Assembly: GCA_963702845.1 (NCBI GenBank)
Contig: OY969763.1
Location: 2,912,001 to 2,976,000 of the forward strand
Source of the DNA: an uncultured Verrucomicrobiae bacterium
GTDB lineage: Bacteria; Verrucomicrobiota; Verrucomicrobiia; Limisphaerales; Palsa-1400
Length of the DNA: 64,000 bases
Direction of reading: 5' to 3'
The notes beneath the pieces were generated by a model. It searched no databases, had not been told where the DNA came from, and saw only the letters and a program-made list of their open reading frames with translations. This document shows, in pieces, positions 8,811-19,633 of the stretch; the stretch's first letter is position 1, and every line of letters begins with the position of its first letter. The position numbers were made by a program, and so were the translations under genes.

Positions 8811-11800
8811 ATGCGTTTGCTCATCACGGTGGCTTGTCTGCTGCTCGCGCCATTTGCGCAGGCGCAACTCGTTGTGGGCGATAGTTTCAATGTGACGGGG
8901 TCGGGAACGGGGTTTTCTCTCAATACGGGCATCAATTCTGGAATTAATCCGCCAACGACGCGGTTGACTGGAAGTGCCGCGCCTAATTTGCGTTATCTCT
9001 CCACGACGACTCGGGCTAACTCAACGTTTAGTATCACTTCCAACAAAGTGCGCGTGACGTCGGATGCGACTGCGGGACGGTTTGTGTTGTCGGCTGATGG
9101 GATTACACCGTTTAACTTCGCGTCGGCGCTGGCAACAGCAACGGCGACGCCACAGAATCCTGTGGTCTATGATCTAACGATTTCGATGGCGAATAACTCG
9201 ACGGGTGTTGCGCGCATGTCGTTTGGGTTCGGGACAGCCGAAGGGGATGCGACGACGTGGGATTTTGGGATTCAACTTTTTGCGACGGCGGATACGGACA
9301 CTTTTTATACGATCGGGAAAAGGATCGATAAGAAGGCGTGCGGCCTTGCGACGGATATAAACACTTTCATCACCAACACTGCGCCCGGGACGTTCGGGAC
9401 TGAAGTGGCGTTGCTGATGCGGGTGACTGATGCTGGCCGCGAAACGAATTCGTATCACTCGCGCGTGCAGCTTTCTACCGATGGCGGTTTCACGTGGTTT
9501 TATGACACGGACACTGATCCGGATTTGCCAAATGGATGGCGATTGAATGGGACTGGGCGTTATATCATGTGTGACATTGCTCCGAATGCTGGGCCGGTGA
9601 CGTATGATGATTTTGCCCTGAGGCCGGTGCCGGTTTCGGCGACTTTGGTTCCATTTGCTAATGCGACGAATGTGACTGCGCAGTTGAAAGCGGTTGTGTC
9701 GAACACTGCTCCCGGAAATCTCACGGTGACTTATTACGGCCGTCAACCGGGGAAACCATTTCCCGGGCCGGACTTTATGATCGCTGCCTTACCGGATACG
9801 CAGAACTACGCGCGGGAGTCGTCGAGCATCGGGGACGCAAAGAAGGAGATGTGGTTTGCGCAAACGGAGTGGATCATCACGAATCGGGTGGCGTCGAATA
9901 TTGTCTACGCGGTGCAACTCGGCGATTGCGTGAATGATGGTGACATTTTTAACGGCGCGAATGACACGACGCAGTGGCGCAATGCCACGAACGCGATGTG
10001 GCGGCTGGAGTCTCGTTCACGCACGTTGCTCAATAACGGGATCCCATACGGCGTGGTCGTCGGCAATCACGACCAGGAGCCAAACGGAGATCCAGACGGC
10101 ACGACGATCAATTACAATTTATATTTTGGTGAAGATCACTGGGCTGATAAGCCGTATTACGGCGGGCACTTTAGCACTAATAACGATAGCTGGTTTAATT
10201 TCTTCAGCGCCGGCGGTTTGGATTTTATCGTGTTGTCGTTTGAATTTGACCGTTATGGCTCGACGATCATGCAATGGGCGCAGGATGTTTTGGCAACGAA
10301 CCAAAATCGGCGCGTGATCGTTGCGATTCACAACGCGGGTTCGGACGCGACACCGGTTGATTTCAGTGAGCAAGGACAGACGATCTACGACACCTTGAAG
10401 TTGAACACTAATTTCTTTTTGATGCTGGCGGGACATCGGTTTGCAAATGATGGCGAAGGTTCGAGGTCGGACACGTATCAGGGCAGAACGGTGCGCACGT
10501 ATGTTTCCGATTATCAGGGGCGCACGAACGGCGGCGATGGGTTGATGCGGTTGATGCGGTTTTCGCCGAGTAACAATCTGGTGACGATCGCGACGTATTC
10601 CCCGTGGACGGGGCAATACGAGACTGATGCGGATAGTAAAATGTCATTCAGCTATAACATGCAGCCGAACGGGGCGGGCGTTGCGCCAACGCCATGGGTG
10701 GCGATTGCGACGAATAGCGGCGTGGCACCGGGCACGACAAACAGTTTGGTGTGGAGTGGATTGCAGGCGGGCAAGACGTATGAATGGTATGTGAAAGTGA
10801 CGGACAGTTCAGGCAACTCGATCACGTCGCCAACACAATCGTTTACCACGGATACGGCCGGTTCCATCAATCTGGCGTTGCCGGGCAACTCGGACTCGTT
10901 CGTTTCGGTGCCGTTTGTCCGGCCCGCAGCGGCTTTGGCTACCGTTGCTTCCGTGTCTGGAAATACTATAACTACATCCGGCACGTGGACGCCGGGACAA
11001 TTCGTCTATAGCGCCGGTGTCCAAACCAATACTTATTACGCGCGATTCCTCACGGGAGTGTCGGCCGGCAAGATATTACCGATTGTGACAAATACGGCGA
11101 CAACGGTTGTCGTCACGTCGCCTTATGGTTCACCAGCTTCAGCCGGAGCGGGCGACCAATTTTCCATCGAACCGTATTGGACGCTCGGCACGGTGTTTCC
11201 CAATGGGGCCGGCATTAACGTGTCGCCGACGAGCGGGAATCGAAATACTGAAATCCTCGTGCCTGACTCGTTGAGTGCGGGAATCAATCTTAGCGCACCT
11301 GCAATCTACTTTTTCAACGGCGGCATTTGGAAGCAGGTCGGGAAAGGCAATAGCAACTTCAACGATGCCACCCTCCCGCCGAACGCGCACTTTATTGTTC
11401 GACATAACGTAGCGACAAATACCACATTGACTGTCGGGGGCCTGATTGTGTCAACGCCGTTGGCGGTGCCGTTGCGATCTTCGTCAACAAATCTTCAGGA
11501 CAACGCGGTGTGTTTGGCGCGACCTGCGGCGGTGACACTCGACGCGTCACAACTGATCAGCAGCGGTGCGTTCGCTGCCAGTCCCCTGCCCGGCACGCGC
11601 ACGGATGAATTGCTGACGTTCGACAACAGCGTCGCGCAAAAGAACAAATCTTCGTCAGCTGTTTACTATTACTGGAGCGGTGCCTGGCGGCGTGTCGGCA
11701 GCGGCTCCTCGGACGTCGGCGCGACGACGGCATTTACCCCGGGAACAGGCATGATCATCCGCAAGAATACCAATTCAGGTTCGCCAATCTGGCTGACCAC

Positions 11801-11813
11801 ACCGACGTGGTAG
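8811..11813 (+). CDS. Secreted multidomain protein: unknown N-domain + calcineurin-like metallophosphoesterase + FN3-like + TIGR02597-type domain
   Basis: Signal peptide; metallophosphoesterase motifs ALPDTQ, LGDCVND, GNHD, AIH and LAGH; C-terminal PGNSDSFVSVPF.RP...PYWTLGTVFPNG typical of TIGR02597. Confidence 0.85.
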   Translation: MRLLITVACLLLAPFAQAQLVVGDSFNVTGSGTGFSLNTGINSGINPPTTRLTGSAAPNLRYLSTTTRANSTFSITSNKVRVTSDATAGRFVLSADGITPFNFASALATATATPQNPVVYDLTISMANNSTGVARMSFGFGTAEGDATTWDFGIQLFATADTDTFYTIGKRIDKKACGLATDINTFITNTAPGTFGTEVALLMRVTDAGRETNSYHSRVQLSTDGGFTWFYDTDTDPDLPNGWRLNGTGRYIMCDIAPNAGPVTYDDFALRPVPVSATLVPFANATNVTAQLKAVVSNTAPGNLTVTYYGRQPGKPFPGPDFMIAALPDTQNYARESSSIGDAKKEMWFAQTEWIITNRVASNIVYAVQLGDCVNDGDIFNGANDTTQWRNATNAMWRLESRSRTLLNNGIPYGVVVGNHDQEPNGDPDGTTINYNLYFGEDHWADKPYYGGHFSTNNDSWFNFFSAGGLDFIVLSFEFDRYGSTIMQWAQDVLATNQNRRVIVAIHNAGSDATPVDFSEQGQTIYDTLKLNTNFFLMLAGHRFANDGEGSRSDTYQGRTVRTYVSDYQGRTNGGDGLMRLMRFSPSNNLVTIATYSPWTGQYETDADSKMSFSYNMQPNGAGVAPTPWVAIATNSGVAPGTTNSLVWSGLQAGKTYEWYVKVTDSSGNSITSPTQSFTTDTAGSINLALPGNSDSFVSVPFVRPAAALATVASVSGNTITTSGTWTPGQFVYSAGVQTNTYYARFLTGVSAGKILPIVTNTATTVVVTSPYGSPASAGAGDQFSIEPYWTLGTVFPNGAGINVSPTSGNRNTEILVPDSLSAGINLSAPAIYFFNGGIWKQVGKGNSNFNDATLPPNAHFIVRHNVATNTTLTVGGLIVSTPLAVPLRSSSTNLQDNAVCLARPAAVTLDASQLISSGAFAASPLPGTRTDELLTFDNSVAQKNKSSSAVYYYWSGAWRRVGSGSSDVGATTAFTPGTGMIIRKNTNSGSPIWLTTPTW

Positions 11814-12306
11814 GTGTGGTCGGTCGGTCTTACAATGATTGATAATCCTCCCTAGCCACCCTTTCGCGTGTTTAGCGTTTTTCGCGGTTCAAAAGTTTTC
11901 CATTTTCCATTTCTTCGACCCTCAACCCTCATCCCCTTTGCGTTTAAAATAATCCGCGTTGAATTTCGAATTTGTTTCGTTTGGCCGCCAAAGCTTCCGG
12001 TTCGAGCTTCGTGCTTTGAATGTTACGCCCATTGCGCCAACCAAACTAATAGCCCTCAACTCTTTGCGTAAAAATGTGAGGTTATAAATAACTTTTCTCC
12101 GACCCACCCCATAACTGTCCAACCCCCTTCTGTAAAATAGTTGGCATGAAAGATACAAATAGACAGTTTGCAAAGTGGTGGGTCGCGGTACCGGAAACAG
12201 AAAAAGCCGCCCTTACGGGGCCGTTTACGCCATTAAAAACTCTTCGAAAAATAATTTCACTTGGACAGCCTTTGTCCAAGTGACCTTGCTAGGATTTTTC
12301 AAACAA

Positions 12307-13473
12307 ATGAATACTTTCGACGAATCCAAGCCCGTCTCTCAACCGTCAACGCTCAACCATCAACTATCCTTTTCCCTCGCGCCCGGCGAAAGTCCGCGCG
12401 CCAGCAGTGCGTTCATGACCTTTTTCCAACTCGGCCATGGCCGATCACTCCGAGCCGTCGCCGACCAACTGGATATGGGCATCGACGCCATAAAAAAATG
12501 GTCGAGCAGATTCGATTGGAACGACCGCATCCACTCCTTCAATGCTGAAATTCTGCAACAGCAGATGCAGGCCGAAGTTGCTTCCCAAAGCGAACAGGTT
12601 GCCGAATGGTCCGCTCGCATGGCCGCCTTGCGCGAGCAGCAATGGGCCGCCGCTCAAAAACTGCTCGCCGTCGTTCAATGCTATTTGGAAAATTTCGGTG
12701 ACGAACAGTTGGAGAAAATGACGCTTTCCCATGCCACGCGCGCTTTGGTGATCGCCTCCAAAATCGCACGCATGGCCCTCGCGGGCATCGAACATCCCGA
12801 GAAATCAAAACCCGAATTATCGCCGAGCCAACCCGCATCCAACTCACCGTACGCTGCGGACGTCCCGCAAAACTCCCCACCCCCTGCACCGATTCAGGCC
12901 CCCCAAACGGATTACGAGCGAAGTGAGCACCGTCGACTCACCAACCCGATCCAACAACCTGAATCTTGCATCCTGCATCACGAAAAAAGCATCACTCTGA
13001 ACCAAATCCCAACGAATTCATCGACGACGAGCCCCTTCACCTCTTCCGCGTCCAATGCCAGACAGCGCAAAAATTTCTTTTCCAGTGTCGTTTGGTGCCG
13101 TTCGGTGCCAACGAGCGAAGCGAACTTGCCCACCCAGGAGCTGGTGGCCGAGCCTTCGCATGCATCATTCTTTTCGCCATCACCGAATGAAATCCAAATC
13201 AATCAAGTAAACGACAAAGTTATCCCCAACATGGAGAAAAATGTCGAAAAAAGTGCTGTTCGGTGCTTATTACCCGGAAGAACTTCGTCTACCTATAACA
13301 TCCAAACGCGAAGAAATTATTTTTGGTGCCGTTCGGTGCCATTCGGTGCGCTTGGGTGCGGTTTGATAACTGGTTGCGCCCGTCGCGATCGTGGCAAGAC
13401 GCCGCAGCACATTATTTTCCGACGAGGTTTGGTGCCATTTGGTGCCGCTCCGGCTTCGATCTCAATCTTTTGA
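12307..13473 (+). CDS. Orphan HTH protein resembling phage terminase small-subunit-like proteins; low-complexity or doubtful 3' half
   Basis: ESPRASSAFMTFFQLGHGRSLRAVADQL....AIKKWSSRFDWNDR matches the ES..A..AF..Y..LG..RSL..VA......W.....W..R pattern and is followed by a helical/coiled region. After ~12830 the ORF is repeat-rich. Confidence 0.5.
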   Translation: MNTFDESKPVSQPSTLNHQLSFSLAPGESPRASSAFMTFFQLGHGRSLRAVADQLDMGIDAIKKWSSRFDWNDRIHSFNAEILQQQMQAEVASQSEQVAEWSARMAALREQQWAAAQKLLAVVQCYLENFGDEQLEKMTLSHATRALVIASKIARMALAGIEHPEKSKPELSPSQPASNSPYAADVPQNSPPPAPIQAPQTDYERSEHRRLTNPIQQPESCILHHEKSITLNQIPTNSSTTSPFTSSASNARQRKNFFSSVVWCRSVPTSEANLPTQELVAEPSHASFFSPSPNEIQINQVNDKVIPNMEKNVEKSAVRCLLPGRTSSTYNIQTRRNYFWCRSVPFGALGCGLITGCARRDRGKTPQHIIFRRGLVPFGAAPASISIF

Positions 13474-13711
13474 CCTCTCGTCCGGTGCCAAAAAATTTAT
13501 TTTCACGTGATCTTTTGTGCCTTTATGCGACCCGATGACACGGAGAATCTGACAATCTTAGGGCTTTTCAGAATATGACACCCTTAGAAAATGACCCCTT
13601 TAGAAGCCGTTGTAAGTGCATTGTAAGGTGCGGCCCTACAAAGGTTAGGCTGTTTCCCTCTCGGGCGGGTAGCACCCTAAATTTAGGGCACCGCCTTTCG
13701 GCGGTCTGCGG

Positions 13712-13740
13712 TTGACTCAAACGCACTCCACATTCATAAC
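13712..13740 (+). promoter_or_regulatory. Putative sigma70 promoter TTGACT-N17-CATAAC for the adhesin gene
   Basis: Correct spacing, ~190 nt upstream of ATG 13931, and preceded by palindromic boxes. Confidence 0.45.
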
Positions 13741-13930
13741 CATGAGCAACAATCCCGGTCGACCCCTGAGCAACGTATTCCGCTAACCCCGGTTTCCTGT
13801 CTCTGGTGGGCGCCCTCCGGAAAAACCAAACACGTGAATACTGCCGATCGCAACGTCAATCACCCGTAGTCGCCAGGTAGGACGCAACAATCTTTCCCAA
13901 CAAAACTCGACCCTCAACTACACAAAAAGC

Positions 13931-16900
13931 ATGAAACTAAAGCACTCCATTTTCCTGATAGCTGTCGGCGCGCTGCTCGGCGTCGCGTCCGTCCAGAGCC
14001 AGACGATTGTCCTTAGCGATAATTATACTACCACAACAAATCTCACCGGTTTTGCGCTTGGAACTGGAGTAAATGCGGGCATCAATCCGCCGACGACGCG
14101 CATCACAGGAACATCGGCTGCGAACCTCCGCTACATACAAGTGGCGACGACGCCATCAATGAGAACCGCAAGCAAATACGGTCTCAACAGCAGCATGATT
14201 CGTGTCCAGACCGAAAACTCAATCGGTCGATTCACCCTTTCGGCCAATGGTGCTACGCCATTTGACTTCGGCCCGTCAGTTGGTGCGACGTATGCAACGC
14301 AGGCCAACCCTGCCATTTACGACATCAAGATCAGCATGCGCAGTGATGGCAACACACCTCGGTTTAGCTTCGCGCTCACAACAGTCGAAGGCGATGCGAC
14401 CACTTGGGATTTCGGTCTCCAAATGTATCGCGCTACCACGACAGACAATTTTTACACAATACAGAAGCGATTTGACTCGGCATCGACGGGAATGGCGGCC
14501 GACATCAACGCGCCAATGATCACAATGCAACCCGGAACAACGACCGCCAGTGGGAACGGGACATTGCAAACGTTTGTCATCCGCGTAACCGATGCCGGCG
14601 CGGAGTCTGGCACGGCGTACAATTCACGTATCCAGGTTTCGACCAACAATGGAACCTCGTGGCAGTATGACACCGCTTCTGACACAGCCGTTTTGACCAA
14701 CGGTTTTCGTTTCGACGGTCCCGCTCGCATACTTGATTTCGATCAAGCCCAAAATACCGCCGGCAACGTGTTCTATGATAATTTATCGATCACGTCGATT
14801 TCCTCGCCGGCCCCACCGACGCCGGTAACATGGACTGGTCAAAGTGTAATCGATAGCAATTGGTCGTCCGTGGAAAACTGGGGCGGTACTGCTCCGCAAG
14901 CTGGTCAGCCCTTGATTTTCGACGGAGTCAATAGACAAGCGAATAGTAACGATATTGCCGGGTTGGATGCGCCCTATCTTGTCGTTCAATATGGGCGGGT
15001 TCTCGCTCACCGGAAATGTGTTTTCGGTCAGCAGCACTATCAGCAACGTTGCGGGTGCGAACACGATCGGAACACCTCTCGTCGTTCAGCACGACTGGCC
15101 TAAAAACCTGGAATATCGCCGCAGGTAGCGTTTTGACTCTCGCTAACACAACTTCGATTGAAACGAATGGAGATCACTCCCTTCTTGGTGGTGGGACTCT
15201 GTATTGCCGTGGCCCGGTGAATATTGGTCAAGCCGTGGGATCAACGGCGAACCCCCCACTTACCGTGTTGGAGGGTACCCATGTTATGGATGGTGCAGCA
15301 TATACGACTAAAGGTGGTTACCGAATCGGTTCAACGATCGGCGCAGGCGCTCAGACAATTTTGACCAACAACGCCACTCTCGCTATCACAGCGACCAGCG
15401 GCAACTTGCGGGTCGGCGACGGTGCGAATGCTAACGGCGCAAAGCTGATCATTGATAACAGCACGGTGACACTCGCTGGCAGCGTCATATTTGGAATCGG
15501 GTATAATGCGGGTTCCGTAGCTACGGTGAGTCAAAACGGCGGAACGGTGACTGCTCCGCTAACGAGTTTCAGCGAAAATGCTGCAGCAACCGGTACATAC
15601 GCGAATTACAAATGGCACGTTGATCACGCGTGCGATCCGAAAGAATACCGCTGGCGGCACGGCCTCGATTTTCTTCAACAACGCCACGGTGTCGACCGGG
15701 TCCGGTTCGAGCAACGCAAATTTCTTCACTGGACTGAACGTGGCTCAAATTCAATCCGGTGGTTTGGTCGTCGATGCGACAAACGACCTCACTATCGGCC
15801 AGGCATTGAGCGGGACTGGTGGTCTCACCAAGAGCAATTCGGCTACGTTGACATTGAGCGGTGCAAATACGTTCACAGGTCCGGTTACGATCCTGTCCGG
15901 TGTGTTGAGTGTTGGAGCAGCGAATACACTCCCGGCAGCTTCGACGGTTAACTTGAACGGCGGCACGCTTGATCTGGCGAACAGTGCCACGGTTGGTGCT
16001 TTGCAATACGCGGGCGTTTACAAGGCGGCTGGGACTTATGGTGCCATTGGTTCGGGCGCGACCCATGAAAACGCACAATTTACCGGCAGCGGTATCTTGA
16101 CGGTCACCGGCGGTGGCACATCAATCACCACTGTCACCTCTGATGTTCAGTCGGCAACGGTCGGTCAAAATGTCACCTTTACGATTACGGTTACGGGAAC
16201 GGGCGACGGTTCGATTCCTGATGGATCGATCACCTTATTCGACGGCGCTAGCAACCTTGGGACATTCGCGTTGACGCCGACGATTGGAAGTAGTGCAGCG
16301 GCCACATATTCAACCAGCGCACTTCCGCTTGGCACACATCCGATGACCGCGACCTGGGCTGGAAACAATAGCTACGCCCCGAGCACTTCTGCCATTTACA
16401 CGGAAAGCATTGTCCAGGCTCCGGTGCTCGTCAGCCCGACATCCGCATCAACCGCGGTTGCCGATGCCGGAACGAGCATTTCGTTCACCATTGTTCTGCA
16501 AGATTCGAGCGGCATCACGTATCAGTGGAGCAAAGGCGGTGTGAACCTTGCCAACGGTGCGCACGACAACGCTGCTACCGTCATCGGTTCGACTGCTGCA
16601 ACTTTAACTTTGGCTGGCGTTAAAGCTGCCAATGCGAGCCCGGGTGTTTACAGCTGCATCGCATCGAACGCCGCTGGCACGGTTACGAGCGCGGCGATCA
16701 CACTGGTCGTGAATGACCCCGCAATTTCTGTGCAGCCGACGAATACTGCGATTGAATGTAGTTCTAACGGTTGCTTGAGCGTGACCGCTGCGGGAACCAC
16801 GAATGCGAATGGCGTGTTGCTGTATCAATGGTACACACCCAACGCTGCAGGCACCGCGATTGCTGATGCGACCAACTCCACATTGTGTTTCAACAATGTT

Positions 16901-19381
16901 CATACCGACCAGGGTTCTTACGTGGTGGTTGTCAGCAATGCATTTGGCAATTCTATCACCAGCCAGGTGGCGGTGGTAACAGTGCATGACACAATGGCTC
17001 CAGTCGTGACGCTCAACGGACTCGCGAGCGTGACGGTCGAGTGTCATGGGAGCTTCTCTGATCCTGGCGCTTCGGTTGCGGATGCATGCGACGGCAACAG
17101 CGGTATTTCTGCGCCGACCAGCGGCAGCGCTAATCTGAACGCAGTTGGCAATTACACGTTGACTTACACCGCGTCCGATTCCTCCAGCAATCCTGGAAAT
17201 TCCGTTACACGTGTCGTTCACGTGCAAGATACAACCGTTCCGAACGTTGCATTGATTGGCGCTTCATCGATTAATGTGGAGTGTCATGGTTCTTATACGG
17301 ACCCGAGTGCGAGTGCGAGCGATGTTTGCGACGCCAGTCCGGTTGTTACGACCAGTGGGACGGTCGATGTGAATACGCTTGGCAATTACACGGTAACCTA
17401 TACCGCGACAGATGCCTCCGGTAATCACTCTTCCACAACGCGCGAGTTTGTTGTGGTCGATATGACAGCGCCTGTCGTGACGCTTAACGGCGGCGCAAGC
17501 GTGACTGTCGAATGTCACGGATCATTCTCCGATCCGGGTGCGACGGCTGCGGATGTATGCGACCCTTCTCCATCGTCTGTGAGCACGGCCGGGTCTGTTA
17601 CAGTTAATACTCCTGGAACTTACACGTTGACCTACACGTCGACTGACGCTTCAGGAAATCATGGTTCGGCGACCCGGCAGGTTGTGGTGAGCGATGCGAC
17701 CGCTCCCGTGGTGACGTTGAATGGTGGAGCAAGTGTGACTGTGGAATGCCACGGTACGTTCACCGATCCCGGTGCAACGGCTTCGGATTCTTGCGATGCT
17801 AGCCCGAGTGTTAGCACGACCGGTTCGGTCAATGTCAATGTGACCGGTAACTACACGGTGACGTATACTGCGACAGACGCCGGGGGCAACCATGGATCGT
17901 CCACGCTGCAGGTGGTTGTTGCAGATACTACGCCTCCAGTTGTGACGCTTAACAGCGGCGACAATACCGTATGCGTGAACGGTTTGTATAATGATCCAGG
18001 GGCTACGGGCAATGACGTTTGCCAAGGTTCAGTATCCGCGACGCCGTCTGGAACAGTTGATACGAGCATTGTCGGTGATTACACGCTCACCTACACCGCT
18101 ACTGACAGCAGCTCAAACAGTGGCAGCGCGACTCGCGTCGTGTCCGTTATTAATTGCGCTGATCCAGCAATCACTGTCCAGCCAGTCAACGTGGTTGCCA
18201 CCACGAAGAGCAACATTACCTTCAGCATCACTGCTGGTGGAACTGGCCCGTTAACCTATCAATGGTAATTCGTTAAGAACGGCACCACGACGCCCAAGAA
18301 GATGGTCAAGAGCGCGACCATCCCGGCTGTGACCAACGCCACGCTTAGCATCAACAACGTAGCTAACGCGGCCAATGGCGGCTCCTATTACTGCACGGTG
18401 ACCAACGTGCTCCATTCAGGCGCAACCAGCACCAGCGCGACCCTGACGGTCTACGACGCGCCTTTGGTGAAAATCGCTCCGCCGAGCAAGACGTTGCTGG
18501 CTGGTTTCAACTACACAATGGTTGCCAAAGTGACCAAGGGTGCGCTCAATCAGACCCTGAGCTATCAATGGAACAAGAACGGCAATGCCATCAGTGGCGC
18601 AACCACCTCGACCTACTCGCTGGTGGATGTTCAGACCGCTAACACAGCGGTCTACTCCTGCGTGGTGAGCAACAACTCTCCGACAGGCGGTTCGGCCAGT
18701 CTCTCCCTGACGGTGACTCAAGACACTGAAGTTCCCAAAGTGGTGCTCTTGTTGAAGCCGACGGACATGGCAGCCAAACACGCGTTGACGACCAACGACG
18801 TTCCCGTTGATCCGACCGGAACCAATCACGCGCCTGATGTCGACTTCCTCGGCAAGGCAGTGGATAAAGGTTTGATCGTGTCCGCCTGGGTCAGCAACGC
18901 CGTCAATCAGGCGGTGTTCCCGGCGACCTTCGTAAAGAAGGTGACCGACCTGACGGGGACGAACACTTCAGCCGGCAAGCCGGCGTTCTTCCTCTCGCAC
19001 GTGAGCATGGTAGATGGAACCAACATCTTCTGGGGTCTGGCGACGGACTCGGACGGCAACACGACTGTGACCAGCAAAGGCACGCACATGTTCTTCATTG
19101 CCAATCCGCAAGCGCTGACCCTGGCGACCAGTGGGACTGGCAGAATTACCTCGGTGACCGATGCCACCTCGAAGAACTGGGGCAACCCGACGAACACAGC
19201 GGTGCTGGCGGTAGGTCATAATTACACGATAAAGGCCACGCCAATCGGTCACCTCGTTACCTTCCAGAAATGGACCGTGACGGACAGCACTGGAGCCTTG
19301 CCTGATCAACTGGCCAATCCATTGACCTTCACCATGACTCCTGGACGGACCAATACGGCTGTGTTCTCCAACCACCCGTAA
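13931..19381 (+). CDS. Large surface adhesin-like protein (shared N-domain, autotransporter-associated beta-strand repeat, Ig-like domains, 5 DUF5011/HYR-like repeats, InlB B-repeat-like C-terminus), split into 4 ORFs by apparent errors
   Basis: Removing single extra bases at ~14981, ~15081 and ~15601 and reading through the in-frame TAA at 18266 (YQW*FVKNG) gives one ORF. Motifs include GTGGLTKSNSATLTLSGANTFTG and five PVVTLNG..SVTVECHG.F.DPGA...D.CD-type units. Confidence 0.8.
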
Positions 19382-19399
19382 TTAGAAATTGATTCACAC

Positions 19400-19431
19400 A
19401 AGGCGTCCCGTTTCGACGGGACGCCTTTTTT
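19400..19431 (+). terminator. Rho-independent terminator
   Basis: aaggcgtcccgt-ttcg-acgggacgcctt followed by a T-tract, just after the adhesin stop codon. Confidence 0.85.
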
Positions 19432-19633
19432 GTTCTTTCGCACATTGGCTCGATAAACCAAACAATATGTGAACACTCACCAGTCCGCTCGCTGGCTTTC
19501 TTGTCCCTTGCTCGTGCCCGGTTTGGCTGCTTTTCCCTATCGCGGGCAACTTCCCCAAGCGGGTTCGGGACCGATTGTCTGACAGAGAAAACGGAGGTTG
19601 CGGTTCGACGGACTGTGTTTGATAGTTCGGCCC

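Noticed and set aside
13742..13786. 14-codon uORF MSNNPGRPLSNVFR in the adhesin leader
   Set aside because: No regulatory codon run or attenuator structure; could be chance.
16990..18160. Repeats in the adhesin as CRISPR or DGR template/variable repeats
   Set aside because: They are degenerate in-frame protein domain repeats (~77 aa); there is no cas or reverse transcriptase gene.
18266..18268. In-frame stop as programmed readthrough or recoding
   Set aside because: It is TAA, not TGA or TAG. The context YQW*F suggests a Tyr codon error in an error-rich assembly.
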